The notes under the pieces: generated by a model
Seen by the model: only the letters and a program-made list of their open reading frames with translations
Told to the model about the DNA's origin: nothing
Database searches by the model: none
Part shown: one piece after another, positions 40,001-50,429 of the stretch
Layout: each line of letters begins with the position of its first letter
Numbering within the stretch: the first letter of the stretch is position 1
Assembly: GCA_964016885.1 (NCBI GenBank)
Contig: OZ024741.1
Location: 110,856,001 to 110,920,000 of the forward strand
Reading direction: 5' to 3'
Length of the DNA stretch: 64,000 nucleotides
From: Eledone cirrhosa
Taxonomy: Eukaryota
Position numbers and translations under genes: made by a program

Positions 40001-43000
40001 GACTGATACTTTTTTTTATCGACCTAGAAAGGATAAAAGGCAAAGTTGACCTCAATGGATTTTGAACTCGGAAAGCAGAGTGCTGGAACAAATATTGCAA
40101 AGTATTCTATATGACATTCTAATAACTCTGCCGATTCGCCACCTCTCTCCCTCCATATTAATAAATGCTAAATATAGGGGCTTACTCTTTGCCAAGAACT
40201 TCTTTTGCAGTTATCTTACTGTATTCTGTTTATTTGTTGTTTTCAGCCAAACTGGTTCTTTAGTTCATGGGATGTTGATGATCATGTCCCTGTAGATGAG
40301 AATGGAGCAGCTGAGGTGCCATCAGGAATGGCCAGTCCCATAGCACCAGCATCCACTCCTGATGATGATCTGGGTAAGTCACAACACACAAGTGCATATA
40401 TATATATATATATGCACACACTTGTAGTAGATATATAGTAAACATATACAGAAATACATACACACACACACATGTAGTAAATATATAGTAAATATCCACG
40501 CCACGCAAGTGTGGAAAAGCAGATGTAAAAACAATGATGATACACACGCATACACATGTAGTAGATATATAGTAAACATATACACATGTAGTAAATATAT
40601 AGTAAACATATACATACAAATACATATTGCAGATATATAGTAAACATATACACACACATGTAGATATATAGTAAATATATACACAAATATAGTAACGTAC
40701 AGCATGTCATGGGCATTTTAAACCTGGCAGAGCCCATCCTCTCTTCAGATCATGTACAGATATATGTACACTAAAACAAGGGTAAAGACCCTCTTCGGTC
40801 ATGATTGACCATAGGTTTTGCACCTAGAAAGTTCCCCTCTGAAGTACAAGCCCAGGCAAAATGTTTTTGTTGTTTGTTGTTTGTTTTTGTGGAAGACCAG
40901 CAGTCACCCATGTCTGCCAGTCTTCCTTCTCCATGCCATCAATGCTGCCACACTTGATGTTACACTTTAAACACTACATTATATATGATTTTGTTCAAGG
41001 CTGATACAGCTTGGTACCAATGATGTTGCAACCCATTCTCCAACTGAGGGAACTGGAGTAATGTGAAATATAGTGTCTTACACAAGGACACCACACATCA
41101 CATGGTCCCGAACTGAATTCACAATCTCATGATTGTGAACCCAATGCTTCTAACCACTAAAACACATTCCTTCACATGCACACGCCAACTACATGATAAA
41201 CCTACATGTAAGAGGTCTGATAAAATAAATACCAATCACATCTTAGGGTTGATTAAATTAATTTCTCTCTCCCTTACTCACTCTTTCACACTCCCTCTCT
41301 CTTACTCTCTAGTTATCTATATATATATATTTTTTTTTCTACGTCTTTCTCTTAGTCTATTCTTCTCTGTCTATCTCCATACATACACATATCACTCCAG
41401 TACTGGGGTCAATTTAAAAATTGTAGGCTTTGTGCCTATCTTAGAAACCCTTACCGTTGTTGTTGTTGCTGAATGTTTGTGTTTTTTTTTTTGTTTTTTT
41501 TTTATATATTTTTGTAAAAAATAGAGTGCTTTATTAGAAGGCTACTACAGCATTGCAAATGGGACATTAAATGTTAAAAATAATAACAAAAATGTTGGAA
41601 TGTCACCTTGGAGGTTTTTAGTAGTCTATGATATTTTGAGATGACATCCCTTCATCCCGAAATATGAAGGACTACTAAACAATGCCATCTTTATCATTAT
41701 TTTTAGCATTCAATTTTTGTCAGTGAATTGGCAGAATCATTAAAGTGTCAGACAAATGCCATTGCAGTATTTGTTCCAACTCTGATTCTGAGTTCAAATA
41801 CCGTTGACCGCATGTTGTTTTTTATCATTCTTGAGTTGATAAAATAAAGTACCTGTCAAGTACTGGGGTTGATTTAATCAACTTCCCCTTTCTGCATATT
41901 GCTGGCCTTGTGCTAATGTTAAAAAGAATTGTTTTTAACATTTAATGTCCCAGTTACATTGCTGAAGCCTTCTAATAAAATACACTATTTTCTATACTTT
42001 ACACAATGCTTCATGCTAACTACAACACTATATTTGTATTTTCAGATGAATCTGAAGAAACAAGTCCATTGGAAATTGTTTCTGCCATGATTGCTGCTGC
42101 CAAGAACAAAAACCAAATCAAGAAAACAAAGGGTCTTGATGAACCTGATTCATCAACACCACCTGGCCCTAAACATGAAGAAAGAAATATTGATGCAGAG
42201 ATTGCTAAGTACCAAGCTAACAAAGCTCTTGCTAACTCAATGGAACTTCAGTCTGATGGTTCTCAAAGTCAACTAGACACCCTTTCTTACTGCAGTCGCG
42301 TCACCAGTGAACATAAAGCATCTGTATCATCATTGTCGATAGGTTTCGATGACTACCCTGACTCAGATGTCTTCTCCAAGTCTTCAAACCCTCATCTGGC
42401 TCGTCAATTTTCTGATGAATCTCTACTGGAAAAGAGTGACGAGCTGGAATTCTCATATGGCCTTCACAAGAATTACAGCCACAGTCATGAGTCAAATCTA
42501 CAAAGCAAACAGGAGTTTCTCAAGAAAGTCCAAGAGCAGCATAAAAGAGAATGTGAAGTGAGAGAAAAAGAGTCAAAGAAATTTGACCAAGAATATCTAC
42601 GGACTATGCAAGAGATGGAGTTGGAAGATAAACATAGTCTTGAAGAGTTGTTAAATCCTAGAAAGCTATGGTATTCTACTAACTACCATACTCCTTACAT
42701 TGGTGCTGCCACCTATAACAAACCTTATGATTCATTAGACTCTAATCAATTACAGAGCAAGGGCTGGTCTTCATCCAAAGCTAATGAACCAGCAGGTGGT
42801 GGAAAGTATTTTGTTAGTGTTGGAAACAGTAAGATCTCTGATAGAATGTCATACCTCACTACAGGCTTTGAAAATGCAAAGAGGTCAAATTCTCTTGAGA
42901 CAATAATTGACACAAGTCAAGTTTGGGCATCTCCAGTATCAATGGTTACCCGTAAGACACAAGACAGGGAGTTGAGTCCACAAAATGACTGCGATCTTGG

Positions 43001-44156
43001 TCTTACACGGAGAAACAGCTTACGGAGAGGTTCTCTAGATTCAATGATAGACTTTTATGATAAGAAAGAGAACCGTTTGTCATGGGCTTCAACTGATTCT
43101 GAAGATGGTTCAGACTTATTAACAAGCTTGACTTCAACGTTTGACCAGAAACTCCAGATTCTGTTAAATCCTAAATATAAATTAAATGGAAGTTCCAGAC
43201 CACGGCCTCCATCTAACATAGGGATGCCAGCATTGTCAGCTGTGAAAAACAGTGAAATTGTCCCCTCCAACAGCTGTGTGTATGATTGTACAAGTGAGGG
43301 CCTTGAGTTGGCTCAGGCAGAAAGTACGCGAATGTTGAACTTTGGATTGGCTTACAGCAGACACGCCAAAAAGAACACAGATGTTTTTGACAGTTTCCGT
43401 GATCCCAGTTTACATCGTTCTCAGAAACCAGAGACAAAAATAGGAATTGCTTCTCGTTTTACACGCAGTAACTCCAGTCCTACTGCACATGTTCTGGGTG
43501 AACGGGCAATTATAACACATGGTGCTGCACCAATAGCTGCAAGTCATTTAGCATCCTCTTCAGAATTGGTGCAACGCCGAAGTAATGGTGGTGGACTCTG
43601 TACTGAGTATATAGACTCTAAACTTTCTAATTTAGGTAAAATATATTCCTTATCCCCTTCAACAAGTTCTTCTTCACCCCCAAAAGATTACCATTTTAAA
43701 AAAAACTTAAAATCATCTTGTAACAAAAATAACTGTTTCAATGGTGGCTACAGATCTGAAAATACACGAAAGAACTTTCCATCATGGTGTAACAGAGATT
43801 CTGCTGGTGGTCAGCAGTCATGGACACCCCGGTCAATGGTAGTGGCCAAAGTGAACACAACTGCAAAACCTCGGTCCAATTCCCCACCCCCTTTAGCACG
43901 AAGGAAAGTACGGGGCAAGCGACGGCACACGGTTGGTGGTAGTGAACATTATAACACACTGGTATTGCTACTGCAGCGTAAGGACGATTCTAGTCGTACT
44001 ATACTAAAAGAATCCTTCCAACCCACCCCTACAATCAAGGAGGTCCACGACTATTCCCCCCTTGCTTGGTTACAGGCTTATAGTCTTCAGACCAGTTCCC
44101 CAGAATTGTCTTTCTCGACCCAGCCAACAATTGAGCAGACTCTAAGGAAATTATAA
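127..44156 (+). CDS. ARHGAP21: Rho GTPase-activating protein, ARHGAP21/ARHGAP23-like (PH + RhoGAP + long low-complexity C-terminus); 5'-partial, 10 coding exons: 127-219, 392-589, 806-941, 4389-4528, 5168-5293, 6082-6190, 13470-13633, 37796-37921, 40247-40373, 42046-44156
   Basis: Hand-spliced exons all have AG/GT boundaries and compatible phases, giving one open frame of 3330 nt. PH motifs (RSWKPCLVLLKGQELYL; DYTKKKNVFRL...FLFQAED...WIQAL) and RhoGAP motifs ([50 protein letters not shown], WFF). The symbol means closest family by recall; an invertebrate gene would be co-orthologous to ARHGAP21/23. Confidence 0.88.
392..589 (+). CDS. RhoGAP gene exon B (PH domain C-terminal half)
   Basis: ctgcag|ATC...TAT|gtaagt; ISEIDQPVSVK...DYTKKKNVFRL...WIQALRSSSDIQVDY; 198 nt. 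Confidence 0.92.
806..941 (+). CDS. RhoGAP gene exon C (basic, Pro-rich linker)
   Basis: gccag|GAG CCA...AAC G|gtaagt; EPVIAPTPNIKSSPQMPVKSSKKLPVLSFRQKMTHSPNPRRRKNN; 136 nt, phase 0/1 matches the next exon. Confidence 0.82.
1015..1372 (+). mobile_element. Young tRNA-derived CORE-type SINE with RTE-derived tail (family 1), full length
   Basis: A box TGGCTTAGTGG, B box GAGTTCAATTC, CORE-like CCTTGAGCAAGACACTT...CAGTTTACTCAGCCTGTAGAAATG, tail shared with LINE 61220-61495, (TGA)n end. Confidence 0.9.
1530..2715 (-). mobile_element. Degenerate RTE-clade LINE 3' fragment, interrupted by a MITE
   Basis: Minus translation gives FVPILIYGHE...MGFLRRVFG...RSQLQYYRHVARM...GRRPKSRPRTRWLD with stops; (AAG)n-like tail at 1530-1547. 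Confidence 0.75.
2127..2348. mobile_element. piggyBac-type MITE, copy 1
   Basis: TTAA at 2123-2126 and 2349-2352; right end TAAATGCTAAAGGG; interior matches copies 2 and 3. Confidence 0.8.
2730..3170. repeat. Degenerate ~22-bp minisatellite (TGTGATTGACATAGGGGCACCT), also at 990-1014 and 1372-1530
   Basis: Same motif on both sides of the SINE and of the RTE fragment. Confidence 0.7.
3960..4035. repeat. Compound microsatellite (GT)n(AT)n(AG)n
   Basis: Read directly. Confidence 0.95.
4389..4528 (+). CDS. RhoGAP gene exon D (start of RhoGAP domain)
   Basis: tttcag|AA GAT...GAA|gtgagt; ...SWKEKIRF...GSFGVHLEVCMPSPYKE; 140 nt, phase 1/0. Confidence 0.9.
5168..5293 (+). CDS. RhoGAP gene exon E (arginine finger)
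   Basis: atccag|TCT...AAG|gtacgt; [42 protein letters not shown]; 126 nt. Confidence 0.95.
5420..5560 (-). mobile_element. Short fragment of the same old RTE family
   Basis: Aligns by eye to 1855-2000. Confidence 0.65.
5645..6062. repeat. Minisatellite GGGCCTCAACAGATACTTATTTCACTGCTATATATTGATAG + variable spacer (about 8 units) abutting the exon F acceptor
   Basis: Units of about 49-59 bp read directly. Confidence 0.9.
6082..6190 (+). CDS. RhoGAP gene exon F
   Basis: ctccag|GGT...AAT G|gtcagt; [36 protein letters not shown]; 109 nt, phase 0/1. Confidence 0.95.
6580..13420. repeat. C/A-rich intronic satellite, 40-bp core unit ACAATATAATGTAAACCACCATAACTACACCACTACCACC, length varying in steps of 3 (CAC)
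   Basis: Period 40 visible from 6661; 34/37/43/46-bp variants; about 6.8 kb, roughly 175 units (estimate). Confidence 0.98.
13470..13633 (+). CDS. RhoGAP gene exon G (between the two satellites)
   Basis: ttacag|AG TTA...AAG|gtatgg; (E)LYQSFINANQIENLQKRMLTLKRIIHQLPDVHFETFRHLALHLRKVADHSHLNK; 164 nt, phase 1/0; absent from the ORF track. Confidence 0.95.
13650..37640. repeat. G/T-rich intronic satellite, 28-bp unit GTGTGTTGTTGGTGTGACTGTATGTATA with 25-27-bp variants
   Basis: Period 28 (13871 to 13899); about 23.9 kb, roughly 850-900 units (estimate); fills nearly all of the 24162-nt intron. Confidence 0.98.
37510..37601 (-). mobile_element. Internal fragment of family-1 SINE (hairpin + CORE) inside the end of the G/T satellite
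   Basis: Matches 53576-53666 almost base for base; satellite units on both sides. Confidence 0.88.
37796..37921 (+). CDS. RhoGAP gene exon H
   Basis: cttcag|ATG...CAT|gtgagt; [42 protein letters not shown]; 126 nt. Confidence 0.95.
38010..38330. repeat. Degenerate ~29-bp minisatellite (TTATCCCTCTTGTGGCCTGATGTCTATCA)
   Basis: Motif CCTCTTGTG recurs at about 29-bp spacing. Confidence 0.7.
38516..38734. mobile_element. piggyBac-type MITE, copy 2
   Basis: TTAA|CCCTTTAGCATTTA...TAAATGTTGAAGGG|TTAA. Confidence 0.85.
39310..39510 (-). mobile_element. Older tRNA/CORE SINE (family 2)
   Basis: Reverse complement has TGGCCTAGTAG A box, GTTCGATTCC B box and CORE-like segment; resembles 49264-49530. 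Confidence 0.7.
39985..40145 (-). mobile_element. Family-4 SINE
   Basis: TTTATCGACC..AAGGATAAAAGGCAAAGTTGACCTC...TTTGAACTC...CTCTGCCGATTCGCC is the reverse complement of the family-4 pattern. Confidence 0.65.
40247..40373 (+). CDS. RhoGAP gene exon I (end of RhoGAP domain)
   Basis: tttcag|CCA AAC TGG TTC TTT...CTG G|gtaagt; PNWFFSSWDVDD...; 127 nt, phase 0/1. Confidence 0.9.
40410..40695. repeat. Minisatellite CACATGTAGTAGATATATAGTAAACATATA just after the exon I donor
   Basis: About 6-7 imperfect units. Confidence 0.75.
40775..41180 (-). mobile_element. Degenerate tRNA/CORE SINE with a different tail (family 3)
   Basis: CORE + tRNA head at 41030-41180 on the minus strand; tail unlike families 1 and 2. 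Confidence 0.6.
41516..41991. mobile_element. Palindromic (foldback/MITE-like) element with a SINE inserted in its right arm
   Basis: ~60-bp inverted repeats 41516-41580 / 41932-41991 plus inner inverted repeat 41617-41644 / 41652-41679. Confidence 0.65.
41722..41930 (+). mobile_element. tRNA-derived SINE, family 4 (GCCTTTCATCC..GGTCGATAAAATAAAGTACCAG type)
   Basis: Head TGGCAGAATC...GAGTTCAAATACC, body GTTGATAAAATAAAGTACC...TACTGGGGT...GGCCTTGTGC; related pieces at 39985-40145 (-), 41395-41450, 59240-59345, 59460-59530, 62710-62810. Confidence 0.7.
42046..44156 (+). CDS. RhoGAP gene terminal coding exon (Ser-rich tail, coiled-coil-like segment, RRHTVGG motif)
   Basis: tttcag|AT GAA..., phase 1 matches exon I; 2111-nt open frame ending TAA at 44156. 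Confidence 0.9.
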
Positions 44157-44752
44157 AGGCTGGCACTGTAATAGTATGGTGAACCACTATATATATATAT
44201 ATTAAGAACCAGCAGAAGACACTGTTCCCACCCATACCCTTATACACATACAGAATGAATTGCTGATAATTATTTGGGAAGTTGTCCTTTTTAATTTAAA
44301 AATACAAATTTCTACTCTAAAATGAGTAAATAATTATATATATATATGTGTATATAAATATATATATACATACATACAAACGCATATTACATACCTTCAA
44401 AAGTGTACATATTACACTCAATCGTCCTGTTCCCATATATGCATTATATCCCTAAAATAATTTGATAAAAGGTATATATATATTTGTTCCTTTAAAAAAA
44501 AACAATGTCAGCCCTTTCCATCTCTAACCCCCACCTCTACTAGGAAACTCCAAAAACCCTACGCATATATAAAACCGATTGGGGGGCTGGCAACTTTTTA
44601 CTGAACTAAAAAAAAAAAATGGGCATTTGTGTCCCTGTCATTGGGAGTTTGTGAGGTTGTGAGGAGAGAAAGCATGAATGGGAAGAATATATTGTATATT
44701 TCTGAAACATTTCTGCCAACAAAGCAAACCAAAATAAAAAAAAATGCAAGAT

Positions 44753-44789
<37 letters not shown>

Positions 44790-44889
44790 TTGTTTGTTTT
44801 TTATTTTGTTTTAAATTTGAAAATGTGAGACCACCAAATGCAGAAAATAAGGAATTGTTTAGCAATACAGTTAGTTAATACAGAACTTG

Positions 44890-45270
44890 TAGATTTAGGG
44901 CTGCTGTAGTGGGTAAAATCTATCCCTTGGACTGTTTCCCCTCAGCACTCAACAGTTTCTGTTGGTGCAGTCTGATACTTTTGGGGATGCATTATCCCAG
45001 GTGAGGATGTAGCATTGACAAAACCATGTGGAATAGTTTTTGCTGCCTTGATGAGAAGTTCACAGAAATCTGAATAGGTGTGGTCAATGTTAGATGGGTC
45101 TGGTGTAGGAATACTTTACACTTCAGTATCTGCCAGTCTTTCAAACTGTTCTGTTAACCTTGTGGAAATTCCATTGTTTAACTAGTTTTGTTAGAATTGG
45201 TTCAATTGGATTATCTGGAATGATCAGGGAAGGACTGTGTTGTGATTTTGGAAAGGGGTTCAGGATTATG
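44890..45270 (-). mobile_element. Highly degenerate non-LTR retrotransposon fragment (EN-RT linker)
   Basis: Minus translation PFPKSQHSPSLI...WNFHK...AAKTIPHGF with stops and frameshifts. Confidence 0.45.
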
Positions 45271-45309
45271 CAATGCATATCTGTGCTCTAAAGCCATGCT
45301 CCTGCACCC

Positions 45310-45405
45310 CTGAATGAACTGGAGCAATGTGAAAGTGTCTTGCTCAAGGGCACAATGCACCACCTGATCTTGGAATTGAACTTACAACCTAGTGATTGTA
45401 AGCAA
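45310..45405 (-). mobile_element. CORE SINE fragment
   Basis: AACTGGAGCAATGTGAAAGTGTCTTGCTCAAGG...GGAATTGAACTTACAACC similar to family 1. Confidence 0.65.
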
Positions 45406-45787
45406 TGCATTTAAAGCTATTAAAGATATCAGAATTTTTTAATAGTCAATTTACAGTAAAATACCCTTGGAGATGAAAAACAGTGGACAGAGACGCAGGT
45501 GGTTTGATTCCTTGCAGGTGTACTTTACCTGTGGCAACTAGGTTTTTTTATATATTGTTAATGACATCTTTTTTTTTAATCCATTATTAATGGCAACAGG
45601 GTTACTGAGAACAGTATTAGAGAACTAATTAATGTAAAATATATCTGGACCCTCGAAGATTACAACTTATAATTCAACTATAACTAAAAAGAAAAAAATT
45701 AGATCGGATCAAGGAAACAGTTTTCATTGGACTTTCCATTGCTGGTAATATCTGCCAGTCTAACATAGCATGAATATATACCTTTAA

Positions 45788-45991
45788 CCCTTTAGCTTTT
45801 AAACCAGCTGCATGCGGCCAGAATTCTCTTGCCTCTTTCTGTTCAAACCAGCCATAACTGGCTGCTTATTCCAACGTTAAGGTATTGTTCTCAAAATAAA
45901 TAATATCATATTATGCGAGATAATTATGTGAGGTAAAACCTTTACCATGAAAATACAATAGTAAATATAGAGTAATGTAAATGCTAAAGGG
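45788..45991. mobile_element. piggyBac-type MITE, copy 3
   Basis: TTAA|CCCTTTAGCTTTTA...TAAATGCTAAAGGG|TTAA. Confidence 0.85.
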
Positions 45992-46935
45992 TTAAAGGAA
46001 AAGTCAATCATCAGATTGGACCATAGAAAAAGTGTTTCCATTGGATTTTTCCTTGCTGATACTATCTACTGCTGGTTGCAAATTCTGACAGATAGAGCAA
46101 CATAAAATATCTTGTTCTAGAAAGGAAATATTATCATAGAGATTATTTTTCTTAAAGAATTATCAATTGGTATGATTCCCCCAAAATTCTCATTTGTACT
46201 TTAGAAACCAGAATTTCTTGTTGATTTGTTGTTTAATCAATCAATATTTTAAATGTACCAACACTATATTAATTCTAAAGGGGAATAATTCCTTTCCTTT
46301 TTGTGAGAGAAGAATGAACACCCAATAGTATGTGTATATATTATGTTTATAACAGAGTACTTGAAGTTGTTAGACAGTGATAACAATTAAAAAGAGAAGA
46401 ATGGATACCTAATAGCATATGTGTATTATGTTTATGATAAAATACTAGAAATTGTTATACTAAAGGGTTAAAGGAAAAGTCAATCATCAGATTGGACCAT
46501 AGAAAAAGTGTTTCCATTGGATTTTTCCTTGCTGATACTATCTACTGCTGGTTGCAAATTCTGACAGATAGAGCAACATAAAATATCTTGTTCTAGAAAG
46601 GAAATATTATCATAGAGATTATTTTTCTTAAAGAATTATCAATTGGTATGATTCCCCCAAAATTCTCATTTGTACTTTAGAAACCAGAATTTCTTGTTGA
46701 TTTGTTGTTTAATCAATCAATATTTTAAATGTACCAACACTATATTAATTCTAAAGGGGAATAATTCCTTTCCTTTTTGTGAGAGAAGAATGAACACCCA
46801 ATAGTATGTGTATATATTATGTTTATAACAGAGTACTTGAAGTTGTTAGACAGTGATAACAATTAAAAAGAGAAGAATGGATACCTAATAGCATATGTGT
46901 ATTATGTTTATGATAAAATACTAGAAATTGTTATA
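45984..46935. repeat. 476-bp direct tandem duplication
   Basis: 45984-46459 and 46460-46935 read identical by eye. Confidence 0.93.
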
Positions 46936-47430
46936 CAGTGATAATAACAATTGAAAGAGAAATGTTTATATTTAGTGAAGAATGGAAGTGTATATTATGT
47001 TACAGTGATAATAATTGTTTCTACTTTTTGGCCAGAGAATTGTTTATATTTAGTGAAGAATGGATACCCAATAGTGTGTATATATTATGTTTATAACAAA
47101 GTAGGAAAGAGAGAAATGTTTATTTTTTAGAGAAGAATGGATACTCAATATCATCATCATTTTCATGGGCGTTTTAAGGTTCGCTTTCCCTGCTGGCAAG
47201 GGTTGGACTAAGTGTGGGTATATTATGTTTATAACAAAGTACTTGAAATTGTTATACAGTGAGAATAACAATCAAATGTAGGAAATGTTTGTACTTAGAG
47301 AAGAATGGAGACCAAATAGTGTGTGTATATTATGTTTTAATAGAGTACTTGACATTGTTATACAGTGATAACAATTAAAAATAGAAGAATGGTTACCCAA
47401 TAGCATGTGTATTATGTTTATAACAGTACT
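46300..47430. repeat. Degenerate tandem repeat (GAGAAGAATGGATACCCAATAG...ATTATGTTTATAACA...GTTATACAGTGATAACAAT)
   Basis: Motif recurs about 8 times with variable spacing. Confidence 0.7.
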
Positions 47431-47896
47431 TTAACGATTTGAACTTATGAGCCTTGAACTTTAAACCACTGATTTAAACACAGTAGTGGAGATGATATTT
47501 GTGGTGGAGGTGTTATTGCTGATGGTGGTGGTGGTGTTGGTGTTGTTGTTGCTGGTGGTGGTGGTGTTGTTATTGCTGATGATGGTATTGGTGGTGGTGT
47601 TATTGGTGTTATTTCTATTGCTATTGGTTCTTGCTTTTGTTGTTAAACAAGTACACTAATAGTGTTACTGATGTTTAGTTTGTTTTTATATAATAAAACA
47701 AACCACTAGAACACTATCCACACCACCTTACACCTCACCTCCACAAGCCTCACTACCATCCACACAACTACACACTCCACAACCTAACAAACCTTGCAAC
47801 ACCACCAAACTACTAAATTCCACAAACCTTCACACACCTCTACAAAAACACCATACTTCCACAAACCATTACACACCACATCACCAAACTCTACAC

Positions 47897-48571
47897 CGGG
47901 GTCAGCAGCCACATCTGACTTGCAAAGGATTTTGGTCCAGTCTGCCAACAGGTTTCAATCTTAGGCTAAGCGATCCCTGAAAAAGTGCTCTGAATTATTT
48001 CTGATTAGAATACTGACTAGAGAAAATGTCTAGCCACAAGACTCACTTAACAATGTAATTTTTTGCGTGGCAATAACAAACAATCAAACTCAGATAGAAT
48101 AGTCAGACACCGAGGTCAATTGGACTCTTTGTGTGTATGTGTATTCATGTATATACGTACATACATAGTATGTGTATGGCAGGAATGTGGAATGACTAGA
48201 CTAACCTAAAACAAGTCAGTGTGTCTGACATACAGTTATTTCATTTCATCCTCAAAATTTTTCATTTTAGTTTGTCTGGTAGAAAAACATCTGTAAGTGA
48301 CTGTATTTGATAATAATGTTTATTTATTTTGCTACGTTAAACGTGTTCAGTATTATTAGAAGTAATTTTTTTTATCAAACAAATGGCAACCCTGATCTAA
48401 ATACACTGCCAGGTATCATGGTTTTGGCACAGTTTATTTAAAATGTCAGTATTTTATCATGTTACTGTATTCGTTTTTACATGTTCTCATTACCTATTTG
48501 ATATCATGGCCCACCCATGAGACACTGCATAGCAATGTGGCCCACACACCCCAAAAGGTTTCCGACCTCTG
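47897..48571. mobile_element. Non-autonomous hAT (Charlie-like) element
   Basis: 8-bp duplication CTCTACAC at 47889-47896 and 48572-48579; imperfect TIRs CGGGGTCAGCAGCC / GGTTTCCGACCTCTG. Confidence 0.78.
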
Positions 48572-48811
48572 CTCTACACAATAGAATAAAAGAAATTGTT
48601 CTAACTTTGAATTAGAAGTTCTCACTCCCTTTAGGGTATGTGTTGATAGCAGAAAGACATACTAGACTCAAAAACATGTTCCTTCCATTAACATTGAAAA
48701 AGTGTTCTAGTGCAATCAGATGATTCTGGGAACTGGGCACTATATCCAGATTTATCATTATCATCATCATGTAATGTCCATTTTCCCTGCTGGTAAGGTT
48801 TGGATCATTTC

Positions 48812-49149
48812 ATTCATTCATTTCATTTTACGTCCGCTTTTTCCCTGCTTGCAAGGGTGGGACGGGAACTGATTCTGGCTTGATTTCTACAGCTGGATGT
48901 CCTTCCTAACACCAACCTCATTTACAGTGAGTGCTGGGTGCTTTTTTGCCGTGGCACCTCCACAACCACTTTGCAGTGGAATGATATGGACCCCAGTCCC
49001 TATCATCTCATTTCTACAGCCGAGTAAACTGGAGCAATGTGAAATAAAGTGTCCTGCTCAAGGAAACAACACATCACCCGGTCTGAGAATTGAACTCACA
49101 ACCTTTCGATTGCAAGGCCAATGCTCTAACCACTAAGCCATGTGCCTCC
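48812..49149 (-). mobile_element. Family-1 SINE, full length
   Basis: Near-identical reverse complement of 1015-1372; possible GATCATT target duplication. Confidence 0.9.
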
Positions 49150-49263
49150 ATGATCATTAATATTAAACTGAAAAAATCTAAAGTTTTTATATCTTCGTTC
49201 ATCTCTTAAGGAATACCTCCAGATTAGATCTTACTGACAGTAAACTGAATTCATTTCTTGATC

Positions 49264-49630
49264 TGGCCTAATGGTTAAAGTGTTGGACATACGATCATGT
49301 CATGGGTTCGATTCCTGGGCCAGGTTCTGAGTTGTGTTCTGGAGCAAAACACTTCATTTCATATTGTTTCAGTACATTCAGATGAAAATTAGTAATAAGC
49401 AGTAGCTGGGGGTTTAACCCTGTAATTGACTGGTGTCCTGTCCACCAGGAAGTCTTGTACTCTCAGTTGTTTAACACCAGTGAAAACCAGGATAAGGACT
49501 GGCCTGATGAGCTTCTGAGTTTGGGACAGACTTTAAACCTGTGATGGACTGGCATCCTGTCCAGGAAGAAGTCACTTCCTCCCAATGAAACTGAGATAAG
49601 CATCAACCTGAGGAGCCTCCAAGACAGACT
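49264..49630 (+). mobile_element. Older tRNA/CORE SINE (family 2) with duplicated 3' segment
   Basis: TGGCCTAATGG...GGTTCGATTCC head, CORE-like body; 3' part (CCTGT..TGGACTGG...GATAAG...CAGACTTT) occurs twice. Confidence 0.7.
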
Positions 49631-50429
49631 TTTTTTTTCATTAAGAAGTTCGGTTTGAACTGTGTCCAAAACAACTGAAGCAAACTTTCATGCTCATAGG
49701 TGAATGCATACAAATGTATTGATTTAACCTAATTAAAATTTTATCCTGTTATAGGTTTCCTTTGAGTTCCATATGAAATAATTACTTTAAAACAAATTCA
49801 AAAGCAACATCAATTGTCATCTTCTCTCTCCTTGAATAATGTCCTCTGTCTTGTCCTGTTCACTTCTCAGTAACCCCTTACGGTTTAGTGGTTTTATTGC
49901 CTTGCTTGGGAGTGAGCAAAAACAAAACCATGATCACTTCTTCAATATCAACTGTACTGTGATAAATGTCTCTTTTATTATTTTCTAAGGGACCGACAAA
50001 TTATCTTAGCCTTGTTTTATCCTATCTAATATTATCACCCATAAATAACTTTAAAGCAAATTTTAACAAAGTTTGTTCCCTCACACATTTTACATATGGA
50101 AATGTCTTCTGGCTTCTTGCTTTCCTGACCATTACAATTTGTAAAAATTCAAAACCATTACTCTCACTATAACAAGCAGTAACTCTATAACCTATTTTAA
50201 TCAATAATCTGCAACATAAACCACCTGTGGGGGGAAAAAAAAAAATTTTATTTCAAAAACAAAAGTGTACTTTATGGATTTACCTATATAAATTGACCTT
50301 TTTTTTTTTTTTTTTTTTTTTGATAAACAATTTTTAATCCTAAACTGACTATTTTGCTCCAGCACACCCCTCCCTGTTGCTACTTGCACAATTCTCAAGC
50401 CAATCTTAACAGCAAATATTGTTCTAGAA

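Noticed and set aside
42006-42045. Stand-alone 716-aa gene starting at ATG 42006
   Set aside because: A strong acceptor at 42045 in the phase required by exon I makes it the last exon of the RhoGAP gene; the first 13 codons are intronic.
44730-44790. AATAAA polyadenylation signals for the RhoGAP gene
   Set aside because: They sit in A-rich/(AAT)n low-complexity sequence; the true 3' end cannot be chosen without transcript data.
49484-49620. CTGATGA ... GAAAC ... CTGAGGA as a possible hammerhead
   Set aside because: No stems close the core in the right order; the sequence is the duplicated tail of a family-2 SINE.
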